From the NCBI GenBank assembly GCA_016873845.1, contig VGVX01000005.1:2002-66001 (forward strand): a stretch of 64,000 nucleotides of DNA. The letters are read 5' to 3'. Below are positions 18,866 to 29,300 of this stretch, one piece after another. Numbering within the stretch: the stretch's first letter is position 1; every line of letters starts with the position of its first letter. The DNA comes from Ignavibacteria bacterium. GTDB lineage: Bacteria > Bacteroidota > Ignavibacteria > Ch128b. Both the position numbers and the translations under genes were made by a program. Below the pieces are notes generated by a model. It made no database searches. It worked only from the letters and a program-made list of their open reading frames with translations, and was not told where the DNA came from.

Positions 18866-19665
18866 CCGTCAAACGACGGATTACTCGAGAACCTTTTAAT
18901 TTTTGCGGTTTTCGAGTTTTTTCTGACAAAGTCAGAAAAATTATCGAGAAAACACAAGTTATGAGACAGCCTCTTAGAGGGGGCTTTGTAATGATCAGAA
19001 TGCGCCTCAATAAACTTTTCACTTTGCACAAACATACCACCGCTGCCGCAGCAAGGATCGAACACTCTTCCTTCATAAGGTTCAAGCATTTCAACAAGCA
19101 ATCTTACAACGCAGGTTGGAGTATAGAATTGACCGCCTTTCTTTCCTTCTGCTAAAGCAAACTGCCCTAAGAAATATTCAAACACTTTCCCAAGAATATC
19201 TTTACTCTGAGCTTCTTTTGTTCCTAAGGTTGCAGTGCTTAATAAATCTATTAGACTTCCCAAACTTGCCTTATCAAGTTTTTCTTGAGAATAGACTTTT
19301 GGAAGAACATCCCTAAGCGACTTTGGATTATCTTTCTCAATCGCTACCATAGCATCATCAATATCTTTTCCAATTGTAGGAAGCTTTGCACGACCTTGCA
19401 GCCATTTCCATCTTGCTGAGGGTGGAACATAAAATACATTCTCGGCTGTATATTCATTTTTATCTTCCGGATCAGCTCCTTCGTTTTTTAGTTCAACCAA
19501 TTTTTGATAATGTTCCTCAAAAGCATCGGATATATACTTTAGAAATATCAAACCTAAAACAACGTGCTTGTATTCTGCAGCATCCATATTCTTTCGGAGT
19601 TTATCAGCAGCTTTCCAAAGCTTTTTTTCGAGAGGTTCTTCAGTATTTGATTTCTTTTTCTTCAT
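18844..19665 (-). pseudogene. hsdM: Type I restriction-modification methyltransferase HsdM, N-terminal fragment. Homology ends near nt 18980 and the rest of the ORF is read-through into the palindromic insert.
   Basis: The HsdM N-terminal domain, GQFYTP, and AdoMet motif I ([20 protein letters not shown]) are present. The NPPF catalytic motif and the C-terminal half are absent. Confidence 0.8.
18850..18957. repeat. Nested palindromic element of about 110 bp (MITE/REP-like). An outer palindrome of about 44 nt centres on ATCCGTCAAACGACGGAT. Inside it are a 10-bp stem (CTCGAGAACC/GGTTTTCGAG) and a 9-bp stem (TTTTCTGAC/GTCAGAAAA).
   Basis: Read directly from the sequence. It lies exactly at the junction between the hsdM fragment and the hsdR fragment. 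Confidence 0.6.
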
Positions 19666-19953
19666 AGTTACCTCATTAATTCCTAGTCCTTATCCAGGTA
19701 AACAATCCATTTGTATTTAACTTATACCGATATCCCAATAGTATTATCTAATCTATTACCCAAACTTATCATCGTGGGCAAAAATAGTTATTGAAGCGAT
19801 GATAGACAAACGGAATTGTGTTTTCATCAACTATTGTAATGCATTCCACTAACAATATTCATAATTAATATTATTTACCATTTGTCTTTTCTTTAATTCA
19901 AATAAAATTTTAGTTAAATTGTCACAGTAGCTTCCAATAATATAAAAAACTTT

Positions 19954-21075
19954 ATGCGTATAGGAATTTTAAAAGAGACACATTTTGAAGATAACCGCAT
20001 TGCTTTAACTCCAGCCGGTATTCAATCACTTGTTGAAAAAGGGCATTCTGTCTTTGTTGAAAAAGATGCCGGGCTGCAAAGCAACTTCACTAATAATGAG
20101 TTTGAATCTGTAGGAGCGAAATTAGTTTACTCGCAGGAAGAAGCTGTCAATCGTTCTGAATTAATTCTAAAAGTATCACCATTTTCAGATGAAGAAGCAT
20201 TGAAGCTTAATCCTGAGCAAATTATCTTCTCAGCACTTCATCTTTTCATGCGGAGAAAACTGGTTGACATTTTTCTTGAGAAAAAAATCACTTCCATTGG
20301 ATTTGAACTTGTAGAAAATAAAGAAGGACATCTCCCAATACTTGGAGCAATGAGTGAAATTGCAGGGCAAATGTCGATTCAAATTGCAGCAAGATATCTT
20401 GAAAACAATTTCGAGATAAGCCGCGGCGTACTGCTTGGCGGAATTGCCGGAGTTGCACCTGCGGCAGTTGTAATTCTTGGTGCGGGAACAGTTGGAATTA
20501 ATGCTTCACGTGCTGCAATTGGACTTGGAGCACAAGTAGTAATTCTTGACAAAGACATTCACAAGCTCAAACAAGTTGAAGAATTGCTCGGCAAGCATAT
20601 TACTACAGTGGTGATGAATCAATACACCGTCGAGCGTGGAGTAAAATTTGCAGACGTATTGATTGGTGCCGTACTCATAAAAGGGGAAAAAGCGCCGCAT
20701 GTTGTTACAGAATCAATGGTAAAATCTATGAAACCTGGTGCCGTGATTATTGACGTATCGATTGATCAAGGCGGATGTATTGAGACCAGTCGCCCCACAA
20801 CACTTACAAATCCTGTTTATATTATGCATGATGTTATTCATTATTGTGTGCCGAACATTCCTGCACTGGTTGCGCGTACAGCGAGTTATGGTTTGAATAA
20901 TATTGTTGTAGATTATGTTCAGCAGATTGCCGATTTAGGAATCGAAGAAGCCATGAAATCTAATGCAGGATTGACGAGTGGTGTCTGCACGCATAATGGA
21001 AGCTGCACAAACGAAACATTAGCAGAAATTTTTAATTTGGAGTATAGAAGAATTCATATCTTCTCAAAGAACTAA
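19954..21075 (+). CDS. ald: Alanine dehydrogenase.
   Basis: The N-terminus MRIGILKETHFEDNRIALTP and the NAD-binding site ILGAGTVGINASRAA are present. Confidence 0.8.
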   Translation: MRIGILKETHFEDNRIALTPAGIQSLVEKGHSVFVEKDAGLQSNFTNNEFESVGAKLVYSQEEAVNRSELILKVSPFSDEEALKLNPEQIIFSALHLFMRRKLVDIFLEKKITSIGFELVENKEGHLPILGAMSEIAGQMSIQIAARYLENNFEISRGVLLGGIAGVAPAAVVILGAGTVGINASRAAIGLGAQVVILDKDIHKLKQVEELLGKHITTVVMNQYTVERGVKFADVLIGAVLIKGEKAPHVVTESMVKSMKPGAVIIDVSIDQGGCIETSRPTTLTNPVYIMHDVIHYCVPNIPALVARTASYGLNNIVVDYVQQIADLGIEEAMKSNAGLTSGVCTHNGSCTNETLAEIFNLEYRRIHIFSKN

Positions 21076-21084
21076 GGTTTAAGA

Positions 21085-22437
21085 ATGGTACAGGAAATCT
21101 CGGAAGCAGCTAAAACAAAATCATATTTTTGGCTTGCAAATTATAAATCGAAATTAAAAACAGCTGAAGATGCTGTTAAAGTTGTAAAATCTGGCGATAA
21201 GATTGTGATGCACGGCAACTGTGCATTCCCGATGAATTTGATTAATGCTTTGGTGAATCGTAAGGATGAATTAGAAAATGTTTCGATACTTCATGCTTTG
21301 ACTGTGGGGGATATACCATATTTACACTCTGGAATGGAAAAACATTTTTCTCATAATTCTTTTTTTATGGGAGCTGCTGCAAGAAAAGCAGTTAATGAAG
21401 GAAGAGCAGATTTCTCACCGATCTATTTGTATGAATATCCTTTGCTCTTTTCGAAAGGAGATATCAAACCTGAATTTGCATTTGTCCATTTATCCCCACC
21501 GGACGAACATGGATTTTGCAGTTACGGAGTGGAAGTCGGAATCATAAAAACTGCTGCGGAAAATTCACAGACAATAATTGCACAAGTCAATCCGAATATG
21601 CCCCGTGCGCTGGGTGACAGTTTCATTCACATCAACAAAATTAATTACATTGTCGAAGTTGATGAGCCGATCGCAGAACTTCCGCAGGAAAAGGGAGATT
21701 TATCGAATGAGATGCAGGATGTTTATACTAAGATTGGTAAGTATATTTCAGAATTAATCGAAGACGGCTCAACACTTCAGATGGGGATTGGGATCATTCC
21801 GGACTCTGTTATGAAATTCCTCGATACAAAAAATGATCTTGGAATTCATTCTGAAATGTTTTCGGATGGTGTGATCGATCTTGTAAATCGAGGAATAATT
21901 ACAAATCGTAAGAAAAAACTGCATGCAGGTAAAACAATTGCTGGATTTGTTCTCGGCACCAAAAAACTTTATGATTACATTGACAATAATCCTTCAATCG
22001 AATTTCATCCACAAGAATATGTGAACGATCCATTTGTTATTGCCCAGAATCATAAAATGGTTGCCATCAATTCTGCAATTGAAGTCGATATCACGGGTCA
22101 AGTTTGTTCGGATTCGTTTGGATCAAAATTATACAGTGGATTTGGCGGTCAGGTTGATTTCATTCGAGGCGCCGCTCGTTCAGATGGAGGGAAGCCGATT
22201 ATTGCACTTCCATCTACTACAAAAGATTTTACAATTTCGAGAATAGTTTCTACATTGCGTCCCGGTGCTGGTGTAGTAACAAATCGAGCAGATGTTCATT
22301 ACATCGTTACAGAATATGGAGTTGCACAATTGCACGGGAAATCAATCCGCGAAAGAGTAAATGAAATGATAAAAATTGCTCATCCAGATTTTCGAGATGA
22401 ATTAAAACACTTCGCAAAGAAAAATAATTATATTTAA
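21085..22437 (+). CDS. Acetyl-CoA hydrolase/transferase family protein (4-hydroxybutyrate or succinyl-CoA:acetate CoA-transferase-like).
   Basis: It is about 450 aa with conserved GIGIIPDSV and EVDITGQV...GFGGQVDF regions. Confidence 0.75.
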   Translation: MVQEISEAAKTKSYFWLANYKSKLKTAEDAVKVVKSGDKIVMHGNCAFPMNLINALVNRKDELENVSILHALTVGDIPYLHSGMEKHFSHNSFFMGAAARKAVNEGRADFSPIYLYEYPLLFSKGDIKPEFAFVHLSPPDEHGFCSYGVEVGIIKTAAENSQTIIAQVNPNMPRALGDSFIHINKINYIVEVDEPIAELPQEKGDLSNEMQDVYTKIGKYISELIEDGSTLQMGIGIIPDSVMKFLDTKNDLGIHSEMFSDGVIDLVNRGIITNRKKKLHAGKTIAGFVLGTKKLYDYIDNNPSIEFHPQEYVNDPFVIAQNHKMVAINSAIEVDITGQVCSDSFGSKLYSGFGGQVDFIRGAARSDGGKPIIALPSTTKDFTISRIVSTLRPGAGVVTNRADVHYIVTEYGVAQLHGKSIRERVNEMIKIAHPDFRDELKHFAKKNNYI

Positions 22438-23138
22438 TGGTTGCAGTAATTGGTGATGTTCATGGGTGCATCAAAACGCTCACTGAACTTTACAATCAAA
22501 TTAAGAATAAGCATCCGGAAACTGACGTTTACTGCGTCGGTGACTTGGTAGACCGCGGGAATTTCTCAGCCGAAACGATTGACTTTTGTCAAACAGAAGA
22601 TATAAAATGTTGTCTTGGTAATCATGATTTAATGTTTTTGTCATACTTTCGAGATCCTTCTTCGGTTATGGGACGATCGTGGCTGTACAATGGCCATCTT
22701 TCGACCTTAAGTTCGTACAAAAATCGACCGATGAGCCTTGAACCGCATCTTGATTTTATTGAAAAATTAAAACTCTTTTACAATACCACCGATTGCTTCA
22801 TCTGCCATGCTGGAATTTCAGTGAAATACAAAAAATATTTTAATGAATATGAGCTCGACGGATCAGATGATGATTTTATTCATCAAGTTCTGAGTCAGGA
22901 TCTTGAATCAGGGTCATCGGTTCTTTGGGTAAGAAACAATTACTTGAAATTGAGTAAACTGCAAATCGTTGGGCATAGCCGTAAGTTTGAAATATTGTTT
23001 GATAAGAATTATCAGATGTATTTTATTGATACCGGATGTGCTTACGGCAATAAACTTACCGGCTTAATAGTCGATAATAATGTTGTCATTGAGAGATTAG
23101 AAGTTCCAGTATTCGCTGAAGATTTGATTGCTCGGTAA
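22437..23138 (+). CDS. Metallophosphoesterase (PPP-family Ser/Thr phosphatase, ApaH-like).
   Basis: Motifs GDVHG, GDLVDRG and GNHD are present. The start overlaps the upstream stop codon (TAATG). Confidence 0.75.
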   Translation: MVAVIGDVHGCIKTLTELYNQIKNKHPETDVYCVGDLVDRGNFSAETIDFCQTEDIKCCLGNHDLMFLSYFRDPSSVMGRSWLYNGHLSTLSSYKNRPMSLEPHLDFIEKLKLFYNTTDCFICHAGISVKYKKYFNEYELDGSDDDFIHQVLSQDLESGSSVLWVRNNYLKLSKLQIVGHSRKFEILFDKNYQMYFIDTGCAYGNKLTGLIVDNNVVIERLEVPVFAEDLIAR

Positions 23139-23347
23139 AAACTCAATGCAGAAAATTTTGGAACTGTTTGATAAAAAAATAGTAAATTTGCTTTGAATTT
23201 GAACACATATTTAATATGACTTACAGAAAACATAAACATCCTGCATCTTTCAGTCATCAATTTTCCCACCAGCATTGGAGTGTCTTATAGCTGACTTTCT
23301 ACCGTAGCTTTTTGTACTTATTTGATTAGTAATAGCATAAGATACTT

Positions 23348-26300
23348 TTGAAGAAGTTAATTTTACATCTGCCAATTTTATTCATCCTATCGGCAAGCTT
23401 TTTTGCTTCAGGATTTGTTTTTGATCCCAAGCAGGAAGAGTTGTACGATAAATACTTATTGTTCGATGCAATTTTTCAAGAGATAATTGTAGAGAGTTTT
23501 AAGCATGATGATTCTCGCACGATTCCTAATGAAACAGTTTCATTTACTGATCATTCGCAGGAATCAAGGGGATTTTATCTCCCATGGTTGTCGCAAACTG
23601 CACTCTCCGATACAAATGATTTTGATAAGAGTGAAAAGATCGATGATGAAGGTGAACCGCAAGATGAGAATCTCCTCCTAACTGATACTACTCAAGTTGG
23701 ACTTGATTCTGCAGCAATACTCGATTCCATTCTTAAAGCCGATACTCTTGCACTGGATTCAACAGCACGCTTAATTCAGTTTAAACACATAAGAAAAGAT
23801 CCGATAACCGTTCCACTATTCAAGAAAAGGAAATATTCACTTTTTCTCGATAAGCCTGAAGGAAGTATTGTCCGTACAGTAAAATTAGATTCAACAGGCA
23901 GATTTGTTGAAATTCGAGAAACTCTTGATGGAAAAGATTATAGAGTAAGATTATTAATTCCATTGGAAGATTATGTTCAGCTTCGATTGGCTTATATCGA
24001 TAGAAAGAATTGGGAGGAACTTGCGTACAAGTATGAAGCAAAACTTGGCAAGAAAGAGCTGGGAGACATTTTTGCGTCGATCACAAATATTGATATACCA
24101 ATTCCCTCAAATCCTGTTCTTAGTATTTTCGGTCCTCCGAAAATCAATCTCCGGATAAGCGGTGCAGTTGATATTCGTGGTGCTTGGCGTAACGAAAGTA
24201 CTGAGGGAATTACTGCTTCACGGCTCGGAAATGTTCGCAATGAACCAGATTTCAAACAAGATGTGCAGATAAATATTAGCGGTACAATTGGCGATAAGCT
24301 GAATATAACTGCTGACTGGAACACTCAGAATACATTTGAATACGAAAACCAGCTAAAGATCCGTTACACAGGATACACAGATGAAATTGTTCAAAGTGTA
24401 GAAGCTGGAAACGTTTCATTACAGACTTCTCCCCTAGTTGGAGGTGGTGAAGCGTTGTTCGGAGTCAAATCCCGATTTCAATTTGGTCCATTGATGCTGA
24501 CTGCAATTGCAAGTCAGAAGAAAGGCGAAGTGAAAGAAAAAAGTTTAAGCGGTGGAGCAGAAGCGCAGACTTTTCAAAAGCGTGTGTATGATTATTCAAC
24601 AAATCATTATTTTCTTGATACAGTTTATGCAGATACATCGCGGGACTTAAATCTTTTCAATAAATATTATGGCAATGCAACTCCAATTGAAATTCAATAT
24701 TACCGAATTAAAGATATTGAAATATGGAAAACAGTTACGGGAATAATCAATCCTAAAGAAAGATTAGTTAATGCATATATTGATCTTCCTTCAAGAACAA
24801 AGACTTCAAAATATCCCGCATCTCTGCGAGGTGAAGTTAGTGTAGTTCCAGGAAGAGTGGAGACAGGAAGATTCATTAAACTTGAACCTTCTGAATATAT
24901 TTTGCATGAAGCGACAGGATATGTGTCCTTCAGAACTCAAGTAAATGAAACGGATGCAATAGCAGTTGCATACAGAATGGAGGGCGATCCAGGACCTGAG
25001 AATGATTTATATTTCGGGGAGTTCATTGCGGACGTAACTGATACAGTCACGCTCATTTTAAAATTAATAAAACCGGCTAACCTGCAGCCGCAGTTTCGCA
25101 CAGCATGGAAACTTCAGCTTAGAAATATTTATCCGCTTGGTGTGCGTGACGTGAAGGAAGATGGATTTGCATTTGATATTAAATACGGAATTACTCTTGA
25201 TGACGCTCGGAATGATATTGGTGGAGTGAAATTTTTGAATGCATTTGGATTGGATTTAATAGACGATTCAAAAAACGCTCGACCAGACGGCAAATTCGAT
25301 TTTTTACCGGGAAAAACAATTAATCTTTCAACAGGGGAAATAATTTTCCCTGTGCTCCAACCGTTCGGAAGGAATTTACCTTCCAGTCTTTCGGATACAC
25401 TCGCCTACTTGAAAGTCTATGATACGCTTCAAGTGTTCGCTAAACAAGATCGCGAGAAGGACAAATTCATTCTCGTTGGTCAATCCAAAGGAAGTTCCCG
25501 TAATTCATATAATCTTGGATTTAATATTGTAGAAGGGAGTGTTCGTGTTAAACTTGACGGAAGAGAATTGCTGCCTAATGCTGATTATATGGTAGACTAT
25601 AATACCGGACAGCTCATAATTCGGAATGAACAAGCACTTCTCCCAAATGCCGATCTAAGAATTACATATGAAGAAAATACTTTATTCCAATTAGCTGCAA
25701 AATCTTTATTGGGTTTGCGTGGAGAATTTAAATTTTCCAATAAAACTTTCTTAGGTTTTTCGATGTTGAATCTCAATCAGCAAACTTTAAGTGATAAAGT
25801 ACGAATTGGCGAAGAACCGCTTCAGAATTCAATTTATGGAATTGACGCACGAACAAGTGCCGATCTGCCATTCATTACCAAACTCTTAAACAATGTAATC
25901 TCAACACGCGAAATGTCTACTTTTGCATGGCGGGGTGAAGCCGCATATATCAATCCCGATCCTAACACAAAGAAAAGTACAATCATAAGTGATCAAGGAG
26001 AAAGTGTTGCTTATGTCGATGATTTTGAAGGAGCCAAACAAACACTTTCGATAGGAGTTCATTATACTTCGTGGAAAAACTTAAGTCCGCCTAAAACTAT
26101 TGAACGGCTTGGTGATATACCTGATTCAACCAAAATGGGATACAAAGCAAAAACATATTGGTACAACGAACTTCCGAGCAATGTTAGTGTTAAGGAAATC
26201 TGGCCACAGAAATCTGTTGCAAGAGGTGAAGATCATGTCACTGTCCTTGATTTGATTTATTCCCCATCCTCGAGAGGAGAGTTTAATTATAATCCATCTC

Positions 26301-29300
26301 TTTCAGTTCGTGAGAATAATTGGGGAGGAATGATGAAAATGTTATCCTCAACTACTTCAAATCTTGTTGAACAGAATATCGAATTCATAGAATTCTGGAT
26401 AAGACCCGATAAAGTCGCTCAAGACGGAAGAATGTACATTGACCTCGGCAGAATAACCGAAGATATCATTCCTAACAATAAACTCGATACAGAAGATAAA
26501 AATTTGAACGACCTGATCGATGAAGGTGAAGATGTTGGTTTAGATGGTTTAACAAATGCACAAGAACTTGCCCGATGGCCTGCACTCGGTCCCGATCCCA
26601 GTGGTGATAATTTCTCATTTTCACTAGCATCAAAAAATTATACACTTATAAATGGGACTGAGGGAAACGCTGCTTTAACTGATGCCGGGAGATTTCCAGA
26701 TACTGAGGACATGAATAGAAACGGCGTTCTTGATCGTGTGAATAGTTATTATACTTATGAAATTAAACTCGATACATCTCGAATTTCAAATCCATATGTT
26801 GTCGGCGGCGGTACAGGTACAAGATGGTATCAAATAAGGATTCCATTAAGAGATTATTCCCGCAAGGAGGGAGATCCGAGTTTTACACTTATTGAGAACA
26901 TTCGCGTATGGTTCAATGGATTTAAAGACAGTGTTCATGTTCGGCTTGCTGAATTTAATTTGGTCGGTAACCAATGGCAGAAATTAAACAAAGAAGATAA
27001 CGTCTTAAATCTTTCTGTAGTTAACATTGAAGATAACTCGCCATTTTATTACAGCCCGCCGGATGTTCAAAGAGAATTGGATCGCACGCAGCAAACAAGC
27101 ACAGAGGAAAGGATCTATAAAAACGAGCAATCACTTGCAATGATTTACGAAGGCTTGAAAGAAGGAAAATCAAGTTATGCTGTCAAGTACTTATTCCGAC
27201 CGATAGATGTTTTCAATTATCGTGAAATGAAATTCTATTACCATGGAGAACGATCAATGATGGGGGGTGATCTAGTCTTTCGTTTCGGTGTGGATACAAA
27301 TAATTACTATGAATATAGAGAGCCCATCAGAAATGATTGGCAGAACATCGGAATAAAGTTCAAAGAAATCACAGCGATTAAACAGAGAAGAGATACGATC
27401 GGCAAAACCATAACTGTTCCAGTTGAAAATGGACCTCCTAATTCATTCTATACAGTGAAAGGAAATCCAAGTCTTACTGTCGTAAGTATATTTATGGTAG
27501 GAGTTGATTTCCCTGCAGATAAAAATGCGAATTTGCATTCGAACGATATTTCCGGACAGATCTGGGTGAACGAACTCCGTTTAATTGGAGCCGATGATAG
27601 AGAAGGGTGGGCATACTCAACTAATGTTTCACTCAAGTTGGCGGATTTTATAAATATTTCAGCAAATTTGAACGAGACTAACCCATTCTTTCACCCGCTT
27701 GAACAAAGATTCGGATCGCGTGTATCTTCTCGTGGTTGGGGAGTCTCTGCAGATATCGATATAGTTAAACTATTGCCGGCAGATATGCGGCAAAGTTCTC
27801 TAAGATTCAGTTATTCACATACCGAAAATATTGGTAAACCTCTTTATCTACCGGGTACAGATATTTTGGTGGAAGAGGCAGCTAAACAAATTTATGAAAA
27901 AATGATCAATGAAGGGGAAGACGAACGTGCCGCTCAAGCAGAAGCAGATGCTCTAAAAACGAGTTCACAAACCGTCGGAACGTCAGATACATACTCACTT
28001 CCAAGTATTAGAATTAAAATTCCGACTGACTTTTGGCTGATCCGAGATACATGGAATAATTTGGGATTCGCTTTTAATTACAATAAATCTTTCAGCAGAA
28101 ATCCTGTTACTCAATCGAATACAACATGGGTTTGGAATTTTTCAACAAATTACTCCTACACCTTTAGTCCTGAAAATTATTTCAAAGCAGTTGACATTCC
28201 ATTTCTTGGAACCGTTTTCGAACTTTTCGAAGACTTGAAGAATTTGAGATTTTATTATACTCCAGCAACTACATCATTCGATTTTACAGCAACGAGGAAT
28301 CGCGGAGAAAATGTAACTCGAACTGATCCAAATAGACCAAATGTAACTCGAGATTTCAGAACCACAAGACGTTTTCAATTTGGCTGGAAATTCATTGAGG
28401 GAGGTTTCTTAAATCCATCATTGAATTATAGTATCGATTTTGGAAGCAGTCTTGCACACATAGAAACATATCTTGATTCAGTTCCGAGTAGTCTCCCCGG
28501 AAAAGATTCGGTCTTCGAAGTTCAAAGAAGCGAGAAAGAAATTTGGTCAGACATTTTTGGCGGAAATCTTTTTGGAAGAGATAATTCTTTCAATCAAAGA
28601 ATTGAAATTCGTACACAACCAAAGCTGCCGTCAATATTTGAATTGGATAAATTCCTGAATATCACGATGGGTTATTCTGTTGATTACCGATGGCAGAATG
28701 ACTTCAGACAAGCTGAGCTTGGACGTGCGGCAAGTTTTGCAAATAATATTACTTTCGGAATGAATTTCAGATTGAAACAGCTATTCGATCCATTGTTTAA
28801 AGAGTCACCTGATCAGTCGGCGCCGCAACAGCCGCAGCAGCCGGATCCGAGAAGCCGAGAGCGAAGGAAACCAAGAATTCAGGAAGAAGATGAAGACGGA
28901 CCTGCACCAGATACAACTCAAGTAATCGAAGAACCTGTTGATGAAACTCCAAAACAAAGTCCTGTTACTTCCGTTTTATTAATGCTCAAATCAATTTCGA
29001 AATGGCTCTTTTTTGATTATGAAAACATTTCAATAAACTTCACTCAAGGGAATACTTCGGCAAATTCCGGGCTCGCAGGTGAAGGTACAGGAATTACAAA
29101 TTTGTGGAATTTCTGGCTGCCTAATCGAAATGAGCAAGGACCATCGCGGCTTTACCAGCTTGGATTAGATTTTAAAGCTGGACCTCGTGCCACGAGAGGA
29201 AATTTAACCGATGCTGTCGGACAAAGAAATAATCTTGACTTCAGAACATCGAGGCCATTGTGGGAAGGTGCCAGGATTGATTTAACGTGGAAGGTCGGTT

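Noticed and set aside
18734-19097. Short ORFs on both strands across the hsdM/hsdR junction (18734..18964 plus, 18816..19097 minus, 18961..19155 plus).
   Set aside because: They lie in palindromic DNA or antisense to the HsdM fragment and are artefacts of the junction, not genes.
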